Below are positions 1 to 8,241 of a stretch of DNA of 64,000 nt, piece by piece; position 1 is the stretch's first letter, and each line of letters opens with the position of its first letter. The notes beneath the pieces were generated by a model. That model made no database searches, was not told the DNA's origin, and worked only from the letters and a program-made list of their open reading frames with translations. The position numbers were made by a program, and so were the translations under genes. The DNA is from Acidobacteriota bacterium (GTDB lineage Bacteria > Acidobacteriota > Vicinamibacteria > Vicinamibacterales > UBA2999), in NCBI GenBank assembly GCA_041178345.1, contig JBEGVQ010000109.1, positions 11,074 to 75,073 of the forward strand, in the 5' to 3' direction.

Positions 1-105
1 TTGGGGTCGTTTTCGGGGCGGGGAACCCGGCGGCGGCCGGAAATGACGTCAGACATGTGCGCTTCCTTTGAAATGAGGGCGAACCCCTATTCTATCGAAG
101 GGCGT

Positions 106-111
106 TACAAT
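106..111 (+). promoter_or_regulatory. -10-like hexamer TACAAT, 5 nt upstream of the GTG start at 117 (possible leaderless transcript)
   Basis: An AT-rich TAnAAT hexamer is rare in this GC-rich DNA. It is positioned so that a transcription start would fall on or next to the start codon. No convincing -35 seen. Confidence 0.3.
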
Positions 112-116
112 TTGCC

Positions 117-2498
117 GTGGCGGTGTGCCGGCTCAGGCTCCTGTTCGTGGTCGGGACGCTCGCGGTGCTGACCACACCCGCGGCCGCGCAGCCCCCCGTC
201 GACCTGTCCACCGGCTGGTCCACCGTAGCGCAACGCGCGCGGGTGGAAGCGCAAAGCGCGAAGGTGGAGCCGACAGCGCTCGTGTTCGGCGGCGACCGAG
301 AGTTCCCCCCTTACGAGTATCTCGACGAAAGCGGCACCCCCCAGGGCTTCAACGTCGAGCTGATCCGCGCGCTGGCGCGCGAGGCCGGCGTGGCCATCGA
401 GATCCGGCTCGGGACCCGCGACGAGCGCGTCGCTGCCTTCGAGTCCGGCCAAACCGACGTGATGTTCCTCTCGTACTCGGACGAGCGTGCGGCCCGTTAC
501 CAGTTGCTCGACCAGACGTGGACGCTCTCGCAGGTCATCATGATGCGCCCGGGCCTGCCCCACGACCCGCGCGGCCTCGACGACCTGTGGGGCGTGCGGG
601 TCGCGGTCGACCACGGCTCGATCAACCACCGGCTGCTCGCCGCCCTGCCCGAAGCGCGACGGCCCGCGCTGCAAGTGGTCGCCACCCGGGGAGACGCGGT
701 CCGCGCCTTCGAGCGCGGCGAAGTCGACGGGGTGGCCGGCAACCACCTGACCCTCAGGATCCTGATGGGGCCGCTGGCCGACGACGCCGAAGAGGTGCCG
801 TTGCTCTCTCGCCCGTATCAAATGGCGGTGTTGAAAGGGCGGGACCTGGCGGTCGCGCCCCTGCGCGTCGCGCTCGATCGCCTCAAGGCCACCGGCGAGT
901 TCGATCGCATTGTCGAAGCGCAACTGGGCGCGCCCAGGCGACGCACCTGGCTCGAGCGCTACTCCGCCATCCTCGGCCTGGCCGGCGGCCTGGCGCTGCT
1001 GCTCGTCGCCGGCGGCACGGCCTGGAACCGGTGGCTGCAGACACAGGTACGCGCCCGCACGCAGTCGGTCGAGCGCACCGAGCGCCGCTACCGCGACCTG
1101 GTCGACAACGCCAGCGACATGATCTACCGCACCGATCCGTACGGGCGGTTTACCCTCGTCAACCCGGTCGCGACCCGCATTCTCGGCTACGCCGAAAGCG
1201 AACTGCTGGCGATGAAGTACTTCGAGCTGATGCGGCCCGACTGGGTGCCGCGCGCGATGGCGTTCTACGAGCAGTCGGCCAGGGCCCGCGAGGCGTCGTA
1301 CCTGGAGTTTCCGGTCAGGCGGAAAGACGGCACCGAGATCTGGGTCGGCCAGCACGTGCGCGCGATCCTGGCGGCCGGGCAGATCGAGGGCTACCAGGGC
1401 ATGGCCCGGGAGATCACCGACCGCGTCAACGCCCAGGCCGAACTGCGCGCCGAGCGCGATTTCGTGTCGGCGATTCTCGACATGGCGCCGGTGCTCGTGA
1501 CGGTGACGGATCAGGCCTCGCGCCTGGTGCGCTTCAACCGCGCGTGCGAGCAGCTGACCGGCCTCGCCGCCGAACAGGTGCTGGGCCAGCGGTTCTGGGA
1601 ACTGCCGGTCCTGCGCGAGCAGGACCGGGCCGGCATGCGCGAGCGGATCGCCGGCTACGCCGAGAGCAGCGCGGCGACCCGCGTGGACGGCATCTGGATT
1701 GACCACGCGGGCGCGCCGCGCATGATCGAGTGGGCGATCGCGCCCCTGCGCAGCCGCGAGGGACATCCGGCATTCGTCATCGCCATCGGCATCGACGTGA
1801 CGGCCACCCGGGAGCTGGAGGGCCTGAAGTCGCAGTTTGTGTCGATGGTCAGCCACGAACTGCGGACGCCGCTCACCTCGATCCGCGCCTCGATGCAGCT
1901 GCTAATCGCGGAAGAGATGACCGGCAGCAAGGACGGCGACCAGCTGGTGCGGGTCGCGCTCGCCAACACCAATCGCCTGATCCGCATCGTCAACGACATT
2001 CTCGACATGTCGAAGATCGAGGCCGGCGAGATGACGGCAGCCCTGAAGCGCACGCCGCTCGGGCCAATCATCGAGGACTCGGTACGAACGGTCGAGGGCT
2101 TCGCCCGCAGTGCCGGCGTGACCATTACGAGGCCGGCCGGCGACCTGGGCGAGGTTACGGCCGACCACGGGCATTCCATCCAGGTGCTGGTCAACCTGCT
2201 CTCGAACGCGATCAAGCACGCCCCGGCCGGCTCGCAGATCGAAGTATCAGCGCAGCGCGAGGGTGCCATGATGGCGATTGCCGTCCGCGACCACGGCCCC
2301 GGGATCCCGGCTCACAAGGTCGCTTTCATCTTCGAGCCGTTCACGCAGCTGGACGGCAGCGACAGGCGCCGGATTGCGGGAACGGGCCTGGGGTTGACGA
2401 TCGCCCGCGCGCTCGCCGATAAACAGGGCGGGGCCATTCGGGTCGCCTCGCGCGAGGGCGACGGCGCGACCTTCACGCTCACCCTGCCGATCGCTTAA
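117..2498 (+). CDS. Sensor histidine kinase with periplasmic solute-binding-like domain, PAS repeats, HisKA and HATPase_c; no adjacent response regulator
   Basis: 793-codon ORF. N-terminal signal/anchor MAVCRLRLLFVVGTLAVLTTPAAAQ and second TM YSAILGLAGGLALLLVAGG. PAS-like blocks (YRDLVDNASDMIYRTD, RDFVSAILDMAPVLV). H-box FVSMVSHELRTPLTSI. ATPase boxes LLSNAIKHAP, DHGPGIP, GTGLGLTIAR. Confidence 0.9.
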   Translation: MAVCRLRLLFVVGTLAVLTTPAAAQPPVDLSTGWSTVAQRARVEAQSAKVEPTALVFGGDREFPPYEYLDESGTPQGFNVELIRALAREAGVAIEIRLGTRDERVAAFESGQTDVMFLSYSDERAARYQLLDQTWTLSQVIMMRPGLPHDPRGLDDLWGVRVAVDHGSINHRLLAALPEARRPALQVVATRGDAVRAFERGEVDGVAGNHLTLRILMGPLADDAEEVPLLSRPYQMAVLKGRDLAVAPLRVALDRLKATGEFDRIVEAQLGAPRRRTWLERYSAILGLAGGLALLLVAGGTAWNRWLQTQVRARTQSVERTERRYRDLVDNASDMIYRTDPYGRFTLVNPVATRILGYAESELLAMKYFELMRPDWVPRAMAFYEQSARAREASYLEFPVRRKDGTEIWVGQHVRAILAAGQIEGYQGMAREITDRVNAQAELRAERDFVSAILDMAPVLVTVTDQASRLVRFNRACEQLTGLAAEQVLGQRFWELPVLREQDRAGMRERIAGYAESSAATRVDGIWIDHAGAPRMIEWAIAPLRSREGHPAFVIAIGIDVTATRELEGLKSQFVSMVSHELRTPLTSIRASMQLLIAEEMTGSKDGDQLVRVALANTNRLIRIVNDILDMSKIEAGEMTAALKRTPLGPIIEDSVRTVEGFARSAGVTITRPAGDLGEVTADHGHSIQVLVNLLSNAIKHAPAGSQIEVSAQREGAMMAIAVRDHGPGIPAHKVAFIFEPFTQLDGSDRRRIAGTGLGLTIARALADKQGGAIRVASREGDGATFTLTLPIA

Positions 2499-2517
2499 CC
2501 GGCGACCGAGAGGTCGT

Positions 2518-3918
2518 TTAGTGGGCGACGACGATGTTGCGCCACTTGCCCTGCCGGAATCGCATGACCGTCAGCACGCAGCGGGTGAAGTGGCCCAGGA
2601 CGATCGCGAGCCAGATGTCGCCGGCCTGCAGCGGACGGGTCGCCTGGATCAGCGTGCACATGCCGATCGGCACCGCCACCTGCGAGGCCAGCGTGATGAA
2701 CAGCGGGCTGCGGGTGTCGCCGGTGCCCTGCAGGCCGCCGGTGTAGGTCAGCGCGAGCGTGATGAAGAAGCCCGACACGGCGAGGTACTGGAGCAGTTGC
2801 TGGCCAAGTGCCGCCACCGCCGGTTCGGTGGCGCCGAAGGCGCCGAGCAGGACCTGGGGAATCGTCACGAACAGGATCCCGACGAACGCGGCCACGGCCA
2901 GGCCGATCCGCGAGGCCGCGTGCACACCCAGCATGGCGCGCTCGGGGTGGCCGGCGCCGAGGTTCTGCCCGGCAATCGTCGCGGCGGCGCCCATCAGGCC
3001 CACCGAGGTCCACGTGATCATCGAAAACAGCTCGGTGTAGCCGATCGTGAATGCGGCCTGGGCCGCCGCGCTCTGCGGCAGCGAGCCGATGTAGCGCAGC
3101 ATCAACACGCCGGCGACGTTCATAGCAATGCCCTGCACGCCGGTGGGCAGCCCGAAACGAAACAGCGAGCGGATGATGGTCCAGTCGGGACGCCAGTCCA
3201 TGTGGCGCGACACCCGGAACACCAGCCGGCCCTTGAACAGCTGGTAGAGCGCAAACGCGCTGACCGAACTCGAGGCGATGGCGGTGCCGAGCGCGGAGCC
3301 GGCGGTGCCGAGCGCGGGGATCGGGCCGAGTCCCGGGATCAGGATCAGGTTGAAGATGACGTTCAACACCGTCATGGTCACGCCGAGCCGAAGCGGCGTC
3401 CTGGTGTCGCCGGCCGCGCGCAGCGCCGAGGTCAGCATGAAGAACGACAGCATGCCGAAGCTCAGGGCGAAGTTGATGCGGAGGAACGGCAACGCCAGCG
3501 CCCTGACCTCGCCCGAGGCGTTGACCATCTCCAGCAGGTACGGCGCCGCGAAGTACCCGACCGGCCCCATCACCGCGTACATGGCGATGGCCGTCAGCAG
3601 CGCCTGCTGGACGGTCTTGTTGACCCGGTCGACGTCGCCGGCACCGACGAAACGCGCCACCAGCACGGCCTGGCCGGTGAACAGCGAGGCAATAAAGACG
3701 ATCACGACCAGGAAGATCTGCCAGCTGACCCCGATGGCGGCGTTGCCGGCATAGCCAATCAGGTGGCCCACCAGGATGTGATCGACGACGCCCTGCAGGC
3801 CGGCGATCACGTTTTGGAGCATGGTCGGCCACGCCAGCTTCCAAACGGCGGGACCAATGGGGCCTTCGACGAGCGACCGATCGAACGGCGACTTCTTCTG
3901 CTGAATCGGGTCAGACAT
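2518..3918 (-). CDS. MATE family efflux transporter
   Basis: Polytopic membrane ORF with a typical MATE N-terminus ([35 protein letters not shown]). Preferred start is the ATG at 3918 (MSDPIQQKK), which overlaps the parE-like stop by 8 nt. The ORF is open up to 3975. Confidence 0.85.
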   Translation of the reverse strand: MSDPIQQKKSPFDRSLVEGPIGPAVWKLAWPTMLQNVIAGLQGVVDHILVGHLIGYAGNAAIGVSWQIFLVVIVFIASLFTGQAVLVARFVGAGDVDRVNKTVQQALLTAIAMYAVMGPVGYFAAPYLLEMVNASGEVRALALPFLRINFALSFGMLSFFMLTSALRAAGDTRTPLRLGVTMTVLNVIFNLILIPGLGPIPALGTAGSALGTAIASSSVSAFALYQLFKGRLVFRVSRHMDWRPDWTIIRSLFRFGLPTGVQGIAMNVAGVLMLRYIGSLPQSAAAQAAFTIGYTELFSMITWTSVGLMGAAATIAGQNLGAGHPERAMLGVHAASRIGLAVAAFVGILFVTIPQVLLGAFGATEPAVAALGQQLLQYLAVSGFFITLALTYTGGLQGTGDTRSPLFITLASQVAVPIGMCTLIQATRPLQAGDIWLAIVLGHFTRCVLTVMRFRQGKWRNIVVAH

Positions 3919-5815
3919 CGAGTTCGACGGCGTCCTCGGCCCGGTCCATGATGAAGCGAAACCGCGCCGACGCATCCTTGCCCATCAATTCGTTGATCAC
4001 ACGGTCCGTCACCAGCTGGTCGGCGACTTCGACCTTCAGCAGCCGCCGCGTCCGCGGGTTGAGCGTGGTTTCCCACAACACCTTCGGCATCATCTCGCCG
4101 AGGCCCTTGAAGCGGGTGATCTCGGGGTTGGCGCGCCCGGTCCTGGTCTTGAGGATCTGCTCCTTCTGCTGCTCGTCGAGGGCCCAGAAGGTTTCCTTGC
4201 CGATGTCGATGCGATAGAGCGGCGGCTGCGCCAGGTAGACGCGGCCCGCGGCCATCAGCTGCGGCAGGTGCCGGAAGATAAACGTCAGCAGCAATGTCGC
4301 GATGTGATGGCCATCGGAATCGGCGTCGGCCAGGATGATCACCTTGCCGTAGCGCATGCGGTTCAGGTCGAAGGTCTTGCCGACCCCGCACCCGAGAGCC
4401 GTCACCAGGTCGGCCAGCTCCTTGTTCTCGAGCACCTTGGCGGTGGACACGCCCTCGGTATTCAAGACCTTGCCGCGCAGCGGCAGGATTGCCTGGCGCG
4501 CGCGGTCGCGGCCCTGTTTGGCCGAACCGCCGGCCGAGTCGCCCTCGACCACGAACAACTCGCTCGTGATCGATCCGGGATTGGTGCAGTCGGCCAGCTT
4601 GCCCGGCAGGTTGACGCGACCGGCAGTGGGGCCCTTGCGCACCACTTCCGACGCGGCCGCCCGGCTCGCCTCGCGGGCCCGCGCCGACAGGATGATGCGC
4701 GCCACGATCGCCTCGGCGATCGACTGGTTGTTGTTCAGCCAGTGCTCGAGGCCGGGCCGCACCAGGCCGTCGACCGCCGACATCACCTCGGGGTTGTTCA
4801 GCCGGTCCTTGGTCTGGCCCTGGAACTGCGGTTCCTGGATGAACACCGACAGGATGCCGGTGAGGCCTTCGCGAATGTCCTCGGCGCTGAGCGTCACGCC
4901 CTTCGGCGACAGGTTGTGCGTCTCGATGTAGTTGCGGACGGCCTTGCCGAGGCCCGCGCGAAACCCGTTCTCGTGGGTGCCGCCCGACGCGGTGGGAATG
5001 CCGTTGACGTAGCTGCGCAGGCTCTCGTCGGTGGCCTCGGTCCACTGCAGGACCAGTTCCAGCTTGGTGGCGCCATCCTTCTCGAGCGTGAACGGCGCCT
5101 CGTGCACCGGCTTGGCGTGGCGCTCGCTGACGATTTTCTTGAGGTAGTCGACCAATCCTTCTGCGTGCTGGAAGACGTCCTTGTGGCCGGTGGTCTCGTC
5201 CTCGAACGTGACCTTGACGCCGCGATGCAGGTAGCTGGCGACTTCCAGCCGCTCGCGGATCAGCGCCGCCTCGAACTCGACCTTCGGGAAGATCTGCGGG
5301 TCGGGCCTGAAGAACACGGTGGTGCCGCTGCCGCGGGCCGGGCCGACCTTCTTCAGGCTGCCTTGCGGCTTGCCTTGCTTGAAGGTCATCTCGTACTGGT
5401 GGCCGTCGCGCCGCACTGTCGCCACCAACTCGCGCGACAGGGCGTTGACGACGCTCGCGCCGACGCCGTGCAGGCCGCCGGCGGTCTTGTAGTTGCCGGC
5501 CTCGAACTTGCCGCCGGCGTGGAGCACGGTGAAGATCACTTCGAGCGCGCTCTTCTTGGTCTTCGGATGCGCGTCGACCGGGATGCCGCGGCCATCGTCT
5601 TCGACGGTGATCGACGAGCCATCCTTGTGCAGCGTGACGCGGATGTTCGACGCATGACCGTTCATGGCCTCGTCGATCGAGTTGTCGAGCGTCTCCCAGA
5701 CGAGGTGGTGTAGTCCGGTGCTGCCGACGCCGCCGATGTACATGCCGGGGCGCTTGCGAACGGGCTCGAGCCCTTCGAGAACGGTAATGTCTTTTGCGGT
5801 GTAAGTGGTGGCCAC
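3911..5815 (-). CDS. parE: Type IIA DNA topoisomerase subunit B, topoisomerase IV ParE-like (GyrB not excluded)
   Basis: 634 aa. GHKL ATPase N-terminus ([39 protein letters not shown]) and Toprim/EGDSAGG motif ([40 protein letters not shown]). GTG start. The short length fits ParE or a short GyrB. Confidence 0.85.
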   Translation of the reverse strand: MATTYTAKDITVLEGLEPVRKRPGMYIGGVGSTGLHHLVWETLDNSIDEAMNGHASNIRVTLHKDGSSITVEDDGRGIPVDAHPKTKKSALEVIFTVLHAGGKFEAGNYKTAGGLHGVGASVVNALSRELVATVRRDGHQYEMTFKQGKPQGSLKKVGPARGSGTTVFFRPDPQIFPKVEFEAALIRERLEVASYLHRGVKVTFEDETTGHKDVFQHAEGLVDYLKKIVSERHAKPVHEAPFTLEKDGATKLELVLQWTEATDESLRSYVNGIPTASGGTHENGFRAGLGKAVRNYIETHNLSPKGVTLSAEDIREGLTGILSVFIQEPQFQGQTKDRLNNPEVMSAVDGLVRPGLEHWLNNNQSIAEAIVARIILSARAREASRAAASEVVRKGPTAGRVNLPGKLADCTNPGSITSELFVVEGDSAGGSAKQGRDRARQAILPLRGKVLNTEGVSTAKVLENKELADLVTALGCGVGKTFDLNRMRYGKVIILADADSDGHHIATLLLTFIFRHLPQLMAAGRVYLAQPPLYRIDIGKETFWALDEQQKEQILKTRTGRANPEITRFKGLGEMMPKVLWETTLNPRTRRLLKVEVADQLVTDRVINELMGKDASARFRFIMDRAEDAVELDV

Positions 5816-5825
5816 GCGAAGGACG

Positions 5826-5831
5826 ATTATA
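5826..5831 (-). promoter_or_regulatory. Perfect TATAAT (minus strand), 10 nt upstream of the parE-like GTG start
   Basis: Plus-strand attata at 5826-5831. It lies immediately downstream (minus sense) of the 5832-5861 hairpin. This implies a very short or absent 5' leader. Confidence 0.3.
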
Positions 5832-5861
5832 GAGGAACCTGAAGCGCGCTCCAGGTTCCTC
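5832..5861 (-). terminator. Hairpin after the NYN-domain gene (10-bp perfect stem GAGGAACCTG/CAGGTTCCTC, 10-nt loop)
   Basis: Read directly from the sequence. It lies 9 nt past the stop at 5870. No U-tract, so intrinsic-terminator function is inferred only. Confidence 0.45.
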
Positions 5862-5869
5862 GAGGTTTA

Positions 5870-7384
5870 CTACGCCTTCTTCTTGCGAGGCGCGGCTTTC
5901 TTCTTCTCGGCCTTCGCGGCTCGTGGAGGCAACCCTTTAGGGTTGCCTGACGCGGCCTCGGCCTTCTTCGCGCGTGGCGCCTTTCTGGCCTTGGCGGCGG
6001 TCTTCGGCGTCGCGGCGACGTTGCCGTCGACGTCAACCGGCTCCGCGATCGGCTCGGCCACCACCGGCGGCAGCGGCTCGACCAGCGGCGACGGCTCGAG
6101 CGACTCGAGCGGCGGCTGCGGGTTGTTCACGACGAGGCCCCACCCGTGCGGCACCGTCGCGCGCGCGGTGGCGCCGTTGGCGAACACGCGCAGGCCACCC
6201 TGGCGGTCGCGTTCGAGCCGCAGGATGCCGTCCTTCTGGCACGCGCGCATCAGGTCGGCGATCGAGCCGTAGCGGCGCTCGTCAAAGTCCGGTTGCGCGG
6301 CCTTCAGGAACTGCTTGAACTGCCGCGGATACATGGGCCAGCGCGGCGGCGTGGCCGCCTCGGCCAGGAGCCGGCGCACCAGAGCGACGCCGTCGCCAAG
6401 CGAGGCCGGCTCGGTCGGCGCCGGACGGGTTTCCTGCTCGTCGTCCAGCTCGGCGCCGCCGGGACCGGAGTCGGCCTGCTCCAGCAGTTCGCGCGCGGCG
6501 CGACGGCCGGCTTCACGCGACGCCGAGATCGACTCGCTGGGCAAATCCGGGACCAGCGTCGGAGCGGGCGCGGGCAGCGCGTCCACGGCACCCGGGTCGC
6601 CCTCGTTCAATTCCACCAGCGTGCTGCGGCCCTGGTGCTTCAGCGTGACAATGCCCTGCTTGGCCAGCTTGTCGGCAAAGTCGCGGAAGCTGCCGACGCC
6701 GTAGTCGCGTTCCGAGAACGACGAGTCGAGCTGCAGCAGCGTGCTCTTGAGCAGGCCCAGTTGCGGCGAGACCTCGCGGTCGGCCAGCACCTTGAGCGCG
6801 CGCTTGACGAGGGCCACCGACTGCTCGATCGGCTGCGTGCCGCTGCCCTGCTGGCGCGGCTGCCGCTCGCCGCCGCCGCTGCCGCGCTCGGGCCGCGGCT
6901 GGCTCGGGCGGCGATCGGGCACGACGTTCTCATAGGCAATGAACTCGGTGCAGTTCTTCTGCATCACCTGGCTGGTGAAGGCGCGGCCGCCGACCACGAA
7001 CACCTTGCGGTCGTACTGCTTCAGCTTCTCGACCAGCGTGATGAAGTCGCTGTCGCCGCCGACGATGACGAAGGCGTTGATATGGGAATGCGTGAACGCC
7101 ATTTCGAGGGCGTCGAGCGCGAGGTTGATGTCGGCGCCGTTCTTATCGCCGCCGGGCGTCGGCACGCGCTGCACCAGGCGCACGGCGTGCTGGGCCATGG
7201 CGCGGCCGTAGTCGCCGGAGCGCTTCCAGTCGCCGTACGCGACCTTGGTGATGATCTCACCGCGTTCCTTGATCGCCTCGAGCACGGCGCCGATATCGAA
7301 GGGCAGCCCAAGGGTCGTCTTCACGCCGATTTCGACGTTGTCGAAATCGATGAACACGGCAATCTTCAGTCTTTGATCTGACAT
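5870..7384 (-). CDS. NYN (LabA/PIN-like) domain protein with two OST-HTH/LOTUS-like domains and a Lys/Ala-rich basic tail
   Basis: N-terminus KIAVFIDFDNVEIG...DINLALDALEMAF...FVIVGGDSDFITLVEKLK matches the NYN/LabA pattern. Two helical blocks resemble OST-HTH (LLKSTLLQLDSSFSERDYGVGSFRDFADKLAKQGIV; FKQFLKAAQPDFDERRYGSIADLMRACQKDGIL). C-terminus KTAAKARKAPRAKKAEAASG...AAKAEKKKAAPRKKKA. Confidence 0.8.
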   Translation of the reverse strand: MSDQRLKIAVFIDFDNVEIGVKTTLGLPFDIGAVLEAIKERGEIITKVAYGDWKRSGDYGRAMAQHAVRLVQRVPTPGGDKNGADINLALDALEMAFTHSHINAFVIVGGDSDFITLVEKLKQYDRKVFVVGGRAFTSQVMQKNCTEFIAYENVVPDRRPSQPRPERGSGGGERQPRQQGSGTQPIEQSVALVKRALKVLADREVSPQLGLLKSTLLQLDSSFSERDYGVGSFRDFADKLAKQGIVTLKHQGRSTLVELNEGDPGAVDALPAPAPTLVPDLPSESISASREAGRRAARELLEQADSGPGGAELDDEQETRPAPTEPASLGDGVALVRRLLAEAATPPRWPMYPRQFKQFLKAAQPDFDERRYGSIADLMRACQKDGILRLERDRQGGLRVFANGATARATVPHGWGLVVNNPQPPLESLEPSPLVEPLPPVVAEPIAEPVDVDGNVAATPKTAAKARKAPRAKKAEAASGNPKGLPPRAAKAEKKKAAPRKKKA

Positions 7385-7564
7385 GTAGTTTCGTTACTTT
7401 CGAATTAGAGAAACCTTGGGGGCGTGGAGGCTTGGCGCGTAGCCGGAGTGGCTAAAGGTTGCGAGCCACCAAGTCTGCAGGCTTCCGAGGGGTCACCCAG
7501 GGAGGTGTCGCTACAGTATACCTGTCGGCACGGTGGTTGCAGTAAGGAATGGTGGAGTAGTCAA

Positions 7565-8188
7565 ATGAAGTCAATGTGCACACGAAACCGGACGCTTTTC
7601 GCCGCAATGCTCGCCCTGAGCGTGTGGATTGTGCCCGGCGCGCCGGTAATTTCGGCGGCGGCGGCGCAGAAGCCGGAAGTCCAGCGGCTTTTCCAGTCGG
7701 GCAGTTACGAGCAGGTGGTCGAAGCCGCGCGTGACGGTGACCCCGCGTCGACCTACCTGGCGGCCCAGGCGTTGCTCAAGCTCAACAACCTGGAAGGGGT
7801 GGCCGCCGAGTTCGCGCGCCTCAAGGGGAACGGTCCGGCTTGGAGCCTCGTCGGCGAGTCGGGCGAAGCGCTCGCCGCCAACGACGAGGGCCGCGCGGTC
7901 GAGCTGGCGCGCCGGGCCACGGAAACCGACGGCGAGAACCCGTTCGCGTTCTATCAACTCGGGCTGTCGGCGAGCAAAGGCCGCGACTGGGGCGGCGCCA
8001 CGGCGGCGTTCAACCGCGCTCTCGAGCTGAAGCCCGACCTGGCCTACGCGCATTACTACGCGGCCCTCGCGGCCCAACGCCAACGACAACTGCCGAAGGC
8101 GGCCGCGCACTTCGAGGCGTTCCTGCGCCTTGCGCCCGAAGCGCCCGAACGCCAGGCAGTGCAGGCGATCATGCGCAGCCTGAAGTAG
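7565..8188 (+). CDS. Secreted TPR-repeat protein
   Basis: ATG at 7565 follows GGTGGAG. Signal peptide MKSMCTRNRTLFAAMLALSVWIVPGAPVISAAAAQ. TPR-like helices (AFYQLGLSASKGRDWGGATAAFNRALELKPDLAYAHYYAALAA). The ORF track start at 7424 looks non-coding. Confidence 0.7.
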   Translation: MKSMCTRNRTLFAAMLALSVWIVPGAPVISAAAAQKPEVQRLFQSGSYEQVVEAARDGDPASTYLAAQALLKLNNLEGVAAEFARLKGNGPAWSLVGESGEALAANDEGRAVELARRATETDGENPFAFYQLGLSASKGRDWGGATAAFNRALELKPDLAYAHYYAALAAQRQRQLPKAAAHFEAFLRLAPEAPERQAVQAIMRSLK

Positions 8189-8190
8189 TA

Positions 8191-8241
8191 CCAGAAGGCC
8201 AGCACTTCAGTGCTGGCAGAACTAAAGTGCTGCCCTTCTGG
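8191..8241. terminator. Compound inverted repeat between convergent genes
   Basis: Outer arms CCAGAAGG (8191-8198) and CCTTCTGG (8234-8241). Inner perfect hairpin GCCAGCAC-TTCA-GTGCTGGC (8198-8217). A third GTGCTGC copy allows alternative pairing. Confidence 0.5.

Noticed and set aside
44-51. TGACGTCA 8-bp palindrome (CRE-like) upstream of the first kinase gene.
   Set aside because: An 8-bp palindrome is expected about once by chance in 64 kb. There is no second copy and no associated regulator.
105-1856. Long antisense or alternative-frame ORFs throughout the track (for example 105-1856 minus, 23315-26974 plus at 1219 aa, 46223-47995 plus, 54372-56039 plus, 58011-59519 minus).
   Set aside because: They overlap genes with clear family motifs. 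They are dominated by Arg/Ala/Gly/Pro, as expected from out-of-frame reading of GC-rich DNA. None shows a recognisable domain, and stop codons are simply rare at this base composition.
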